NCBI GenBank assembly: GCA_035572055.1
Contig: DATNBJ010000159.1
Coordinates: 1 to 41,305 of the forward strand
Direction: 5' to 3'
Source: Thermoleophilaceae bacterium
Lineage (GTDB): Bacteria; Actinomycetota; Thermoleophilia; Solirubrobacterales; Thermoleophilaceae
DNA: 41,305 nt
The notes under the pieces were generated by a model. It had not been told where the DNA came from. It saw only the letters and a program-made list of their open reading frames with translations, and did not search any database. How positions within the stretch are numbered: the first letter of the stretch is position 1; every line of letters starts with the position of its first letter. The position numbers and the translations under genes are program-made. Positions 15,256-24,740 of this stretch are shown here, in pieces.

Positions 15256-16416
15256 ATGAGACGGGTCTTCTGGCTTTCCATAACCACGGCCCTTGCGGCC
15301 TTTGTGCTCCTCCCCATGACGGGGCTGTCGGCCGATCTCAATTCCCGCATTCAGCACCAGCAGAACAAGGTGAATGCGAAGAAGGCCCACGAGGGGGTGC
15401 TCACCAGCACCATCTCCTCGTTCAACAACCGCATCGAGGGCCTGCAGGGCAGCATCCGCGGGCTCCAGGACCGTGAGACCCGGATCCAGACGACGCTCAC
15501 GCAGAAGCGCAACGAGCTGGCCCAGATCCAGGACAAGCTGCAGATTGCCCGCGACCGGCTGGTGCGGCTGAAGCAACAGCTCGCGGCGGCGAAGACGCAG
15601 CTCGCGGCGCGGCTCGTGGACGATTGGAAGTCGGACGAGCCCGACATGGTCACGGTGATCCTCGAGGCCCACGGCTTCGACGACCTGCTCACGCGCGCGG
15701 ACTTCATGAACCGGATCGCCAAGCAGGACCAGCAGATCCTCGGGACCGTGAGGGTGCTGAAGGCCCAGGCCACGAGCCAGGCGAAGCAGCTCGCCGCGCT
15801 TCAGTCGCAGGCCCAGGCCGCGGCCAACGCGATCCTCGCCCAGCGCAACGCCGTGGCGGCATCGAAGGCCAAGCTCGTGAACACGCGCGTGCAGCTCCAG
15901 GGCGCCCGCAACCAGCGCAAGGTCGTGCTGGCGAAGGTGCGCTCGAGCCGCCAGAAGGCCCAGGAGGACCTGAACAGCCTGCAGGCCGAGCAGGGGCAGA
16001 TCCAGAACCAGCTTCAGAACTCCCCGGGGCCGATCAAGCAGGGCTCCGGCAGGTTCATCTGGCCGGTGAACGGCCCGATCACGTCGCCGTTCTGCGAGCG
16101 CCGCGCGTGGGAGGCGTGCCACCCGGGCGTCGACATCGGCGTGCCGAGCGGCACACCGATCCGCGCCGCCGACGGTGGGCGCGTCTCGATCGCCGGGCCG
16201 GAGGGCGGCTACGGCAACTACACGTGCATCCAGCACACCGCCTCGCTGGCCACCTGCTACGGCCACCAGTCGCGCATCGGCGTGAGCGTCGGACAGCAGG
16301 TGTCCCAGGGCCAGGTGATCGGCTACTCCGGCTGCACCGGCCTCTGCTTCGGGCCTCACCTGCACTTCGAGGTGCGGGTGAACGGGTCCGTCGTGAACCC
16401 GCTCAACTACCTCTAG
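15256..16416 (+). CDS. M23 family peptidoglycan metalloendopeptidase with N-terminal coiled coil (EnvC-like architecture)
   Basis: Signal/TM segment, about 230 aa of Gln/Ala/Lys-rich coiled coil, then HPGVDIGVPSGTPIRAA and GPHLHFEVRVNG (HxxxD and HxH zinc motifs). Confidence 0.9.
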   Translation: MRRVFWLSITTALAAFVLLPMTGLSADLNSRIQHQQNKVNAKKAHEGVLTSTISSFNNRIEGLQGSIRGLQDRETRIQTTLTQKRNELAQIQDKLQIARDRLVRLKQQLAAAKTQLAARLVDDWKSDEPDMVTVILEAHGFDDLLTRADFMNRIAKQDQQILGTVRVLKAQATSQAKQLAALQSQAQAAANAILAQRNAVAASKAKLVNTRVQLQGARNQRKVVLAKVRSSRQKAQEDLNSLQAEQGQIQNQLQNSPGPIKQGSGRFIWPVNGPITSPFCERRAWEACHPGVDIGVPSGTPIRAADGGRVSIAGPEGGYGNYTCIQHTASLATCYGHQSRIGVSVGQQVSQGQVIGYSGCTGLCFGPHLHFEVRVNGSVVNPLNYL

Positions 16417-16418
16417 CC

Positions 16419-17171
16419 ATGGGCGAAGAGCTCGTCGGACCGGAGATCTTCGGCGACGACTACCTCGGCTTCTACGAGGAGATGCTCGAGGAGCGCAGCG
16501 ACTCCGAGGTGGAGCTGATCCTGCGCCTGCTCGACTTGGCGGATGGTGCCGAGGTGCTGGACGCCCCGTGCGGGCACGGGCGGATCGCGAACCGGCTGGC
16601 GGCGCGCGGGTTCCGCGTGACCGGGCTCGACAAGAGCGCGAGGTTCATCGAGCTCGCTCGCTCGCGCGCGGCCGAGCAGGGCCTGTCGGTGGAGTACGTC
16701 GAGGGCGACCTGCGCGAGCTGCCCTTCGACGGCCGCTTCGACGCGCTTGTCAACTGGTTCTCGTCGTTCGGCTACTTCGACGACGACACCAACCGGCAGG
16801 TGCTCGCCGGCTTCCGGCGGGCGCTGCGGCCGGGCGGCGTGCTGCTGCTCGAGCAGGCGAGCCGCGAGCTCCTGCTCTCGACCCTGCCGCGCCACGGTGG
16901 ACCCGCGCTGATCATGACCGAGCGCGGCGACGACCTGATGATCGACCGGGTCACGTTCGACCTGGGCACGGGGCGTTCGCACACTGACCGGATCACCGTG
17001 CGCGGCGGCCGGGTCAGCCGTACCCAATTCTCGCTCTCCCAGCCCACCGCATCGCAGCTCACGGATTGGCTCCACGAGGCCGGTTTCGGCACCGTGGAGG
17101 CCCTCGACGAGACCGGCGAGCCGGTCCGGCCGCAGAGCCGGCGATTGGTTGTGCGTGCCCTTGTGGCCTGA
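16419..17171 (+). CDS. class I SAM-dependent methyltransferase
   Basis: VLDAPCGHGRIANRLAARGFRVTGLD (motif I), DALVNWFSSFGYF, and LRPGGVLLLE. Confidence 0.9.
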   Translation: MGEELVGPEIFGDDYLGFYEEMLEERSDSEVELILRLLDLADGAEVLDAPCGHGRIANRLAARGFRVTGLDKSARFIELARSRAAEQGLSVEYVEGDLRELPFDGRFDALVNWFSSFGYFDDDTNRQVLAGFRRALRPGGVLLLEQASRELLLSTLPRHGGPALIMTERGDDLMIDRVTFDLGTGRSHTDRITVRGGRVSRTQFSLSQPTASQLTDWLHEAGFGTVEALDETGEPVRPQSRRLVVRALVA

Positions 17172-17289
17172 TTCGGTGCAAACTGCGGTTGTGAGGAGTA
17201 GAACGCGCCCGTTTGGGGAAGGACGCCAGTAGAGCTCCTACCCCTTCTGGTGCATCGGAGCTGAGTAAACACCGCGTACCCCAAGCGCA

Positions 17290-17862
17290 GTGAGAACAAC
17301 CAGGGCTTACATCGCCAGTTTCGGTACGACCGGAACGCTGATCGCCGCGGCGCTGTTGACGATGTCGCTGATGAGCGCCATCGTCGCGTTCCACGGCTTC
17401 CCTGGCCAGGATCTGCAGGATCCGATTGGCTCCGTGCCGGTGCTCGACAGGCAGGCGCCGCTCGCAGTGGAGAAGCACTCCGCGAAGGCGGGCGCGGTGC
17501 ACGTCCTCCGGACGAGGGCGACCGCCGTGGAGCGCGCGCGCCGCGACCATGGGCGCTCGCGGTCCGCGAAGGCTCCGCTGGCGCACACCAACCCGGTGAG
17601 CCACCGCCAGTCCGCGTCGCAGCCGCAGGCGAAGCAGCCGATCAGCAGCGGCTCGGCGCAGCCCGCTCCGGTCAGGGTGCCGGACACGGCGCCGGTGACG
17701 AACGCGGTCCCCAAGGTGCCGTCCGCTCCGAGCGTGCCGTCGCCGCAGACCCTGCTCAAGAGCTCGCCGGTCACGCTCCCGGGCGGGGTCTCGCTGCCCG
17801 TGAACCTGCCGCTCAACACCGCGGCGGTCTCGGGCGCCGTCGACAGCCTGCTCGGCCAGTAG
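17290..17862 (+). CDS. membrane-anchored hypothetical protein with Pro/Ser/Ala-rich extracytoplasmic region
   Basis: GTG start, one TM segment (GTLIAAALLTMSLMSAIVAF), and a low-complexity remainder. Coding is judged from GC3 and the absence of a competing credible ORF. Confidence 0.55.
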   Translation: MRTTRAYIASFGTTGTLIAAALLTMSLMSAIVAFHGFPGQDLQDPIGSVPVLDRQAPLAVEKHSAKAGAVHVLRTRATAVERARRDHGRSRSAKAPLAHTNPVSHRQSASQPQAKQPISSGSAQPAPVRVPDTAPVTNAVPKVPSAPSVPSPQTLLKSSPVTLPGGVSLPVNLPLNTAAVSGAVDSLLGQ

Positions 17863-17865
17863 CTC

Positions 17866-18543
17866 TCAGGCCTTCTCGATGAACTTCAGCGACTCCGCCT
17901 GGAGCTCGCGGTCGTGCTGCAGGGAGCGGTGGTGGCCGCCGGGGAGGATCAGCACCCGCTTGGGCCGCCCGGCGGCGGCGTAGAGCTCCTCCGACACCGT
18001 GTAGGGGACCTGCTCGTCGCCCTGGGCGTGCAGCAGCAGAAGCGCCGTGCGCGGGCCGAGCGAGGCGGCGGCGGCCGTCAGGTCGACCGTTGGGAGCCAC
18101 TCGAGCAGCGCGTCCCGATCGGCACGGAAGTTGTCGAAGCGGTTCCGCCTTACGCCCTCGAGGAGCAGGTCGGGCGGAGCCGGGCAGATCGCGACGACGG
18201 CAGACACGCCGCCGTCGGCGCTCGCTCCGAGGATCGCCTGGAAGCCACCCATGCTGGAGCCCCGGATCGCCACCCGGGAGACGTGCTCCCGCAGCAGGCC
18301 GAGCATGGCAACCACGTCCTGGATGGCTCGGGGGCCGAACTCGCCGTCCGAGCGGCCGTGCCCGCGGGCGTCGTAGGCGAGGGCGGCCAGGCCGTTCGCC
18401 ACAGCCAGCCGCCCGAAGTCGAAATGGCTCTCCTTTGCCGAGCCGGCGCCGTGCAGGATCAGGACGCCCGTCTCCGCGGGCTGCTCAGGGAGGAACAGGG
18501 CGTAGGCCAGTCCGTCGTGCTCGCCGATCTGGGGCACGGTCAT
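17866..18543 (-). CDS. alpha/beta hydrolase (dienelactone hydrolase / S9-like)
   Basis: LILHGAGSAKESH, nucleophile elbow GSSMGG, and C-terminal LPGGHH. Confidence 0.85.
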   Translation of the reverse strand: MTVPQIGEHDGLAYALFLPEQPAETGVLILHGAGSAKESHFDFGRLAVANGLAALAYDARGHGRSDGEFGPRAIQDVVAMLGLLREHVSRVAIRGSSMGGFQAILGASADGGVSAVVAICPAPPDLLLEGVRRNRFDNFRADRDALLEWLPTVDLTAAAASLGPRTALLLLHAQGDEQVPYTVSEELYAAAGRPKRVLILPGGHHRSLQHDRELQAESLKFIEKA

Positions 18544-18557
18544 AATCAGCCCCGATT

Positions 18558-19808
18558 ATGTCCGGGCGCCTAACCCAGGATGCGACCGCGCTGTCGCACG
18601 TCTTGCCGATCGGCTCCCGCCTGAACGAGGCGGGGCGGCTCGAGGTGGGCGGCTGCGACGTGGTGGAGCTCGCCCGCGAGTTCGGCACGCCGGCCTACGT
18701 CTACGCCGAGGACGACATCCGCATGCGGGCGCGCGCGTACATGGACGCGTTCAGGTCGCGCACCGAGCGCTTCGAGGTCGTCTACGCGAGCAAGGCGTTC
18801 CCCTGCACCGCCGCGTTCCGGATCCTGGTGGAGGAGGGGCTGTCGGCGGACGTCGCATCCGGCGGCGAGATGCACATCGCCCTGGAGGGCGGCTTCCAGC
18901 CCGAGCGGCTCTACATGCACGGCAACAACAAGACGGAGGCGGAGCTGCGCTACGCCGTGGAGCGCGGGATCGGGCACATCGTGGTCGACTCGTTCGACGA
19001 GATCGAGCGGCTCGAGCGGATCGCGCCGGGGCAGAAGGTGATGCTGCGCGTGACGCCCGGGATCAAGCCCGACACCCACGCGAAGATCCAGACCGGGCAG
19101 GAGGACTCCAAGTTCGGCTTCGGGCAGGGCGACTTGCCGCGGGCGATCGACAGCCTGCGAACGCTCGAGCTGCGCGGCCTCCACGCGCACATCGGCTCGC
19201 AGGTGTTCGACCTCGAGCCGTTCGAGCGGCTCGCCGAGCTGCTCGCCGGGATGGGCGACTACCCGTTGCTGAACCTCGGCGGCGGGCTCGGGATCGCCTA
19301 CACGAACGACCAGGAGCCGCCCTCGATCGACAGCTATGTGGAGACGCTGCTCGGCAGCGCGCCCGACGGGGTCACGGTGCTCTGCGAGCCGGGCCGCTCG
19401 ATCGTGGGGAACGCCGGGGTGACGATCTACACGGTGGGCACCGTGAAGGAGATCCCGGGCGTGCGGACCTACGTGGCCGTGGACGGCGGCATGTCCGACA
19501 ACCTGCGCCCGATGCTCTACGGCGCGCGCTACGAGGCCGAGATCGCCGACCGCTTCGGCGGCGACACCGTGTGCACCATCGCGGGCATGCACTGCGAGTC
19601 CGGCGACATCCTGGTGCGCGACGCGACGCTGGCCGACCCGCGCGTGGGGGACGTGCTCGTGATCCCCGTGACCGGCGCCTACGGCCACGCGATGGCGAAC
19701 AACTACAACGCGGTGCCGCGGCCGCCGGTGATCTTCTGCGCCGGCGGAGATGCCCGCGTGGTTGTGCGGCGTGAGACCTACGAGGACCTGACCCGCCGTG
19801 ACATTTAG
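18558..19808 (+). CDS. lysA: diaminopimelate decarboxylase
   Basis: GTPAYVYAEDDIR, YASKAF (PLP Lys), GGGLGIAY, EPGRSIVG, and CESGD motifs. Confidence 0.95.
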   Translation: MSGRLTQDATALSHVLPIGSRLNEAGRLEVGGCDVVELAREFGTPAYVYAEDDIRMRARAYMDAFRSRTERFEVVYASKAFPCTAAFRILVEEGLSADVASGGEMHIALEGGFQPERLYMHGNNKTEAELRYAVERGIGHIVVDSFDEIERLERIAPGQKVMLRVTPGIKPDTHAKIQTGQEDSKFGFGQGDLPRAIDSLRTLELRGLHAHIGSQVFDLEPFERLAELLAGMGDYPLLNLGGGLGIAYTNDQEPPSIDSYVETLLGSAPDGVTVLCEPGRSIVGNAGVTIYTVGTVKEIPGVRTYVAVDGGMSDNLRPMLYGARYEAEIADRFGGDTVCTIAGMHCESGDILVRDATLADPRVGDVLVIPVTGAYGHAMANNYNAVPRPPVIFCAGGDARVVVRRETYEDLTRRDI

Positions 19809-21024
19809 GGTCGGCCTCCTCGGCCACGGGACGGTCGGGGCGGCTTTTCACCAGCTCCTCGACGAGCGCGCGGATGCGATCGAGGCGGTGACCGGCATGC
19901 GGCCGGAGATCAGCGGCGTGCTGACCCGCAGCCGCGGCGACTTCGACGACATCCTCGATCGCAGCGACCTGGTGGTGGAGCTGATCGGCGGCATCGACCC
20001 GGCGCGCGACTACATCCTGCGCGCGATGGCGGCGGGGCGGCACGTGGTGTCGGCGAACAAGCAGGTGCTCTCGCAGCAGGGGGAGGAGCTCTACGACGCG
20101 GCGCGCGGCGCCGGGGTGCAGCTGCGCTTCGAGGCGGCCGTGGGCGGCGTGGTGCCGGTGATCCGCGTGATCCACGAGACGCTGGCGGCCGCGCACATCG
20201 ACCGGGTGCACGGGATCGTGAACGGCACCACCAACTTCATCCTCAGCGAGATGGCCCGCACCGGCGCGTCCTACGACGACGCGCTCGCGCAGGCGCAGGA
20301 GCTGGGCTTCGCCGAGGCCGATCCCACCGAGGACGTGACCGGCAAGGACGCCGCCGCGAAGATGGCGATCATCGCGCGGCTGGCGTTCGGGGCCGCGGTG
20401 CACCTCGACGACGTGCCCTACGAGGGCATCGACAACCTGACGGCCGACGACATCGCCTACGCCAAGGAGCTGGGCCTGTCGCTCAAGCTGATCGGGGCCG
20501 CCGAGCGGATCGACAGCGGTCTGGCCGTGCGCGTGTATCCGGCGTTCCTGTACGCGGGTCATCCGCTGGCCAGCGTGAACGGCTCGTTCAACGCCGTGAC
20601 GATCGAGTCGCCGGCCATCACGGAGATCACGCTGTCCGGTCCCGGCGCCGGTGGTCCTCAGACCGCGTCCGCCGTTCTCGGTGACGTGATCTCGGCCATG
20701 ATCCCGCCGCCCACGCTGCCGCCGCCGCCCGTGGAGATCCCGCTGCTGACCGACGTCGAATCCGCCTTCTACCTGTACCTGGAGGTGGCGGACCGGCCCG
20801 GCGTGCTCGCCCAGGTGGCCGAGATCCTCGGCCTGCAGGGCGTGTCGATCAAGTCGGTGGTGCAGCGCGGCCTCGGCGACGACGCGCGGCTCGTGATGGT
20901 CATGCACCCCGTGCTCGAGTCGCGCTTCCAGGCCGCGGTGGAGATGCTCAGCGGGCTCGACTTCGTGCGGGCGCGGCCGCGCGTGATCAGGGTGATCGAG
21001 GAGACGTTCGAGGTGTCGGGCTGA
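19798..21024 (+). CDS. hom: homoserine dehydrogenase
   Basis: [16 protein letters not shown]-binding start, [24 protein letters not shown], and a C-terminal ACT-like domain. It overlaps lysA by 11 nt. Confidence 0.95.
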   Translation: MTFRVGLLGHGTVGAAFHQLLDERADAIEAVTGMRPEISGVLTRSRGDFDDILDRSDLVVELIGGIDPARDYILRAMAAGRHVVSANKQVLSQQGEELYDAARGAGVQLRFEAAVGGVVPVIRVIHETLAAAHIDRVHGIVNGTTNFILSEMARTGASYDDALAQAQELGFAEADPTEDVTGKDAAAKMAIIARLAFGAAVHLDDVPYEGIDNLTADDIAYAKELGLSLKLIGAAERIDSGLAVRVYPAFLYAGHPLASVNGSFNAVTIESPAITEITLSGPGAGGPQTASAVLGDVISAMIPPPTLPPPPVEIPLLTDVESAFYLYLEVADRPGVLAQVAEILGLQGVSIKSVVQRGLGDDARLVMVMHPVLESRFQAAVEMLSGLDFVRARPRVIRVIEETFEVSG

Positions 21025-22016
21025 GCCTCTGGCGCTACCGCGACCGCCTGCCGGTGGACCCCCTCGTGACCCTCGGCGAGGGGGACACGCCGCTGATCCA
21101 GTCTCCCTGGCTGTCAGAGCGCACGGGCTGCGACGTGTGGCTGAAGTTCGAGGGCTCGAATCCCACCGGCTCGTTCAAGGACCGGGGGATGACCGTGGCG
21201 GTGTCGGCGGCGATCGGCGAGGGTGCCGAGGCCGTGATCTGCGCCTCCACCGGCAACACTGCGGCGAGCGCCGCGGCCTACGCGGCGCGCGCGGGGCTTC
21301 GCGGCGCCGTGATCGTGCCCGAGGGGAAGATCGCGGCGGGCAAGCTGGCTCAGGCGCTCATGCACGGGGCCAAGGTGATCGCGCTGCGCGGCAACTTCGA
21401 CGAGGCGCTCGCCCTCGTGCGCGAGCTTGCGCGGCGGCAGCCGATCGCGCTCGTGAACTCCGTGAACGAGTACCGGATCGAGGGCCAGAAGACCGGGGCC
21501 TTCGAGGTCTGCGACGAGCTCGGTGAGCCGCCGGACGTGCTCTGCATCCCGGTGGGCAACGCGGGCAACATCACCGCCTGGTGGCGCGGCTTCAGGGAGT
21601 ACGAGGTCGCGCCGAAGCTGCACGGGTACCAGGCCGCGGGCGCGGCGCCGCTCGTGCACGGCGCGCCCGTGGAGAAGCCCGAGACGGTCGCCTCCGCCAT
21701 CCGGATCGGCAACCCGGCGCGCTGGGAGGACGCGATGGACGCGGTCACGGCCTCCCGGGGCGAGATCCGGGCGGTGACCGACGCCGAGATCCTGGAGGCG
21801 TACGAGCTCCTCGGCTCCCGCGAGGGCGTGTTCTGCGAGCCGGCGTCTGCGGCGTCGGTTGCCGGCCTCCTGAAGCACGGCGCCGAGGGCCGCGTGGTCT
21901 GCGTGCTCACGGGGCACGGGCTGAAGGACCCGACCACCGCGATGTCGCGCGCCGGCTCCGTGATCCCCTGCGAGCCGGAGATCGGCGCGGTCGAGCAGGC
22001 GGTGTTCGGCAAGTGA
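21021..22016 (+). CDS. thrC: threonine synthase (start set at CTG 21021; the first canonical start is GTG 21054)
   Basis: [17 protein letters not shown] (PLP Lys), [16 protein letters not shown], and [10 protein letters not shown]. The in-frame translation upstream of GTG 21054 reads [14 protein letters not shown], which looks like the conserved ThrC N-terminus. Confidence 0.9.
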   Translation: MSLWRYRDRLPVDPLVTLGEGDTPLIQSPWLSERTGCDVWLKFEGSNPTGSFKDRGMTVAVSAAIGEGAEAVICASTGNTAASAAAYAARAGLRGAVIVPEGKIAAGKLAQALMHGAKVIALRGNFDEALALVRELARRQPIALVNSVNEYRIEGQKTGAFEVCDELGEPPDVLCIPVGNAGNITAWWRGFREYEVAPKLHGYQAAGAAPLVHGAPVEKPETVASAIRIGNPARWEDAMDAVTASRGEIRAVTDAEILEAYELLGSREGVFCEPASAASVAGLLKHGAEGRVVCVLTGHGLKDPTTAMSRAGSVIPCEPEIGAVEQAVFGK

Positions 22017-22867
22017 ATCGCCGGCGCGTGGTGCGCGTGCCGGCTTCGTCGGCCAACCTCGGCCCGGGCTACGACGTGCTGGCCGCCGCTCTGGCCACCC
22101 ACCTCGAGCTGGAGGTGGAGGAGACCGGCGAGTTCGCCGTGGAGGCGGACATCGGCGGTGTGCCGCTCGACCGCACGAACCTGTGCGTGCGGGCGTTCGA
22201 GCGGCTCCATCCGGCGGACGGCGTGACCTTCCGGCTGCGCTCCGACATCCCGGTGGCGGCCGGGCTGGGCTCGAGCGCCGCTGCGATCGTGGCCGGCCTC
22301 GTGGCGGCGGATCACATGTACGAGCTGGACGCCGAGCTGTTCACTCCCGCCGTGGAGCTCGAGGGCCACCCGGACAACGTGGCGGCCGCGCTCTACGGCG
22401 GCTTCGTGATCTGCGCGGACGGCCGGGCAGAGCGCTTCGACCCGCCGCCCGAGCTCGAGGGCGTGGTCGCGATCCCCCCGCACGAGGTGCCCACCGCCGA
22501 GGCACGCGCCGCGCTGCCCGCCGAGATCCCGATCGAGGACGCCGTGCACAACGTCGCGCACGCCTCGCTGCTTGCCCTGGGCCTGGCCCGGGCAGACTTC
22601 GACCTCGTGGCGCGTGGCCTGTCAGACCGGATTCACCAGCCGAGACGAGAGGGTCTCTATCCCCGCTCGATGGAGCTGCTACGCATGGCACGCGAGCTGG
22701 GCGCGCTCGGCGCCACGATCTCGGGCGCGGGACCTGCGGTGCTGTTCTGGTCGCACTTCGAGCAGACCGGCTCGCTCTACGACGAGCTGCACGCCGAGGC
22801 GCCGGACTGCAAGGTCCGCCGCGTGCAGTTCGACCCGAGCGGCGCGGACGTGAGGGCGCTGGCGTGA
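22013..22867 (+). CDS. thrB: homoserine kinase
   Basis: GTGA overlap with thr[14 protein letters not shown] and the GHMP motif [16 protein letters not shown]. Confidence 0.93.
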   Translation: MNRRRVVRVPASSANLGPGYDVLAAALATHLELEVEETGEFAVEADIGGVPLDRTNLCVRAFERLHPADGVTFRLRSDIPVAAGLGSSAAAIVAGLVAADHMYELDAELFTPAVELEGHPDNVAAALYGGFVICADGRAERFDPPPELEGVVAIPPHEVPTAEARAALPAEIPIEDAVHNVAHASLLALGLARADFDLVARGLSDRIHQPRREGLYPRSMELLRMARELGALGATISGAGPAVLFWSHFEQTGSLYDELHAEAPDCKVRRVQFDPSGADVRALA

Positions 22868-23253
22868 ACGACATCGTGCGCGCCGCCGGCGGCGTGATCT
22901 GCGACGAGGACGGCCGCGTGGCGATCGTCTACCGCCCCAAGTACGACGACTGGACCTTCCCGAAGGGCAAGCTGGAGCCGGGGGAGAGCGAGGAGGACGC
23001 CGCGCTGCGCGAGGTGTACGAGGAGACCGGCCTCGAGGTGGAGCTCGGCCGCGAGCTCGGTTGCGTGGAGTACACGGATCCCAAGGGGCGGCCGAAGACC
23101 GTGCGCTACTGGGTGATGGCCAAGAGCGGCGGCGAGTTCACGCCGAACCGCGAGGTCAGCGAGCTGCGCTGGCTGCCCCTTGACGAGGCGCCAGCGCTGC
23201 TCAGCTATGACCGGGATCGAGAGATCCTCGACAGGCTTACGCCGCCTGCTTGA
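22864..23253 (+). CDS. NUDIX hydrolase
   Basis: GTGA overlap with thrB. Nudix box GKLEPGESEEDAALREVYEETGL. Confidence 0.9.
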   Translation: MNDIVRAAGGVICDEDGRVAIVYRPKYDDWTFPKGKLEPGESEEDAALREVYEETGLEVELGRELGCVEYTDPKGRPKTVRYWVMAKSGGEFTPNREVSELRWLPLDEAPALLSYDRDREILDRLTPPA

Positions 23254-24463
23254 CCAGCCCGTGCGGGTCGAGCACGTACTTCTTGCTCGCGCCCTTGTCG
23301 AAGTCCTGGTAGCCCTGAGGGGCGTCGTCCAGGGTTATCACCGTGGCGTTGACCGCCTTCGCGATCTGGACGCGGTCGTTCAGGATCGCCTCCATCAGCC
23401 CGCGGTGGTACTTCATCACCGGGCACTGGCCGGTGGTGAACGAGTGTGACTTCGCCCAGCCGAGTCCGAGGCGGATGGACAGGCTGCCCACCTTTGCCGC
23501 CTCGTCGACGCCGCCGGGATCGCCGGTCACGTACAGGCCCGGGATGCCGAGCTTGCCGCCCGCCCGGGTGACCTCCATGATCGAGTTCAGCACGGTGGCC
23601 GGTGCCTCGTGGCCGGCGTCCTTGCCGTGCCCGCGCGCCTCGAAGCCCACGGCGTCGACCGCGCAGTCCACCTCCGGCTCACCGAGGATCTGCTCGATCT
23701 GGTCGGCCAGCGACGCGTCCTTGGTCAGGTCGACCGTCTCGCAGCCGAAGCTCTTCGCCTGCTTCAGGCGCTCGGCCTGCATGTCGCCGACGATCACCAC
23801 CGCGGCGCCAAGGAACTGCGCCGAGTGGGCTGCCGCCAGGCCCACGGGCCCGGCGCCGGCGACGTAGACCTTCGAGCCGGACGTCACGCCCGCTGTCACA
23901 CAGCCGTGATAGCCGGTCGGGAAGATGTCCGACAGCATCGTCAGGTCGAGGATCTTCTCCATCGCCCGGTCCTTGTCGGGGAACTTGAGCAGGTTCCAGT
24001 CCGCGTACGGAACCATCACGTACTCGGCCTGGCCGCCGACCCAACCGCCCATGTCCACGTAGCCGTACGCGGACCCCGGCCGGTCCGGGTTCACGTTCAG
24101 GCACACGCCGGTGTCGCGCTCCTTGCAGTTCCGGCAGCGCCCGCACGCGATGTTGAAGGGCACCGAAACGAGGTCGCCCTCCTTGATGAACTCGACGTCG
24201 CGGCCGGCCTCGATCACCTCGCCGGTGATCTCGTGGCCGAGGATCAGCCCGGCCGGGGCCGTGGTGCGGCCGCGGACCATGTGCTGGTCGGAGCCGCATA
24301 TGTTCGTCGAGACGATCTTGATGATCGCGCCGTGGGGGCACTGGCGCCCGACATTTGCCGGGTTCACGCCCGGCCCGTCCTTCAGCTCGAACGTGGGGAA
24401 GTCGATGTCCTGTATCTCGACCTTGCCAGGCTCGATGTAGGCAACACCTCTGTTGTCCGCCAT
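23237..24463 (-). CDS. fdhA: glutathione-independent formaldehyde dehydrogenase (Zn-dependent MDR family)
   Basis: ICGSDQHMVRGR, GHEITGEV, structural zinc CGRCRNCKERDTGVC, and VAGAGPVGL. The overall sequence is very similar to my recollection of Pseudomonas-type FdhA. Confidence 0.88.
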   Translation of the reverse strand: MADNRGVAYIEPGKVEIQDIDFPTFELKDGPGVNPANVGRQCPHGAIIKIVSTNICGSDQHMVRGRTTAPAGLILGHEITGEVIEAGRDVEFIKEGDLVSVPFNIACGRCRNCKERDTGVCLNVNPDRPGSAYGYVDMGGWVGGQAEYVMVPYADWNLLKFPDKDRAMEKILDLTMLSDIFPTGYHGCVTAGVTSGSKVYVAGAGPVGLAAAHSAQFLGAAVVIVGDMQAERLKQAKSFGCETVDLTKDASLADQIEQILGEPEVDCAVDAVGFEARGHGKDAGHEAPATVLNSIMEVTRAGGKLGIPGLYVTGDPGGVDEAAKVGSLSIRLGLGWAKSHSFTTGQCPVMKYHRGLMEAILNDRVQIAKAVNATVITLDDAPQGYQDFDKGASKKYVLDPHGLVKQAA

Positions 24464-24566
24464 TGGTCCTCCCTTTCACGGGTAGTTGGCGAGACGCCTC
24501 CCACTCCTGCGGTTACCCGGCGAGCTGAGGGAAAACACGTCCGCCGCCGGTGCCACGATCGCGCCG

Positions 24567-24740
24567 ATGGGGACCGAGGTCGACGATGCCGGGATCGAGG
24601 AGCGCATGGATGCGATCCGGCTCAAGCAGATCCTCGGGCACCCGCTCACCGAGCGGGAGCTGATGTGCCTGCAAATGGAGCAGAACGGCTTCGGCTGCGC
24701 GTCCTGCTCCGGCGCTACGCCCGCTCCGGAACTCCCGTGA
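24567..24740 (+). CDS. possible small protein (57 aa) with Cys-containing C-terminus
   Basis: From the ATG, 51 of 57 sense codons end in G or C (about 89% GC3), with no competing gene on the other strand except the last 26 nt of the MATE gene. There is no obvious SD or promoter. Sequence: MGTEVDDAGIEERMDAIRLKQILGHPLTERELMCLQMEQNGFGCASCSGATPAPELP. Confidence 0.3.
   Translation: MGTEVDDAGIEERMDAIRLKQILGHPLTERELMCLQMEQNGFGCASCSGATPAPELP

Noticed and set aside
14356-16365. 669-aa minus-strand ORF spanning the GMC 3' end, the leader and the M23 gene
   Set aside because: It is antisense to two genes with clear catalytic motifs and crosses a non-coding leader. The sequence is Arg/Leu/Ala/Gly-rich with no recognisable domain, so it is a spurious high-GC ORF.
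24486-24566. TTG 24486 as the start of the small ORF (84-aa version)
   Set aside because: The upstream 27 codons have lower GC3, include a rare TTA codon, and encode a Leu/Arg/Pro-rich peptide. The coding signal is convincing only from ATG 24567.
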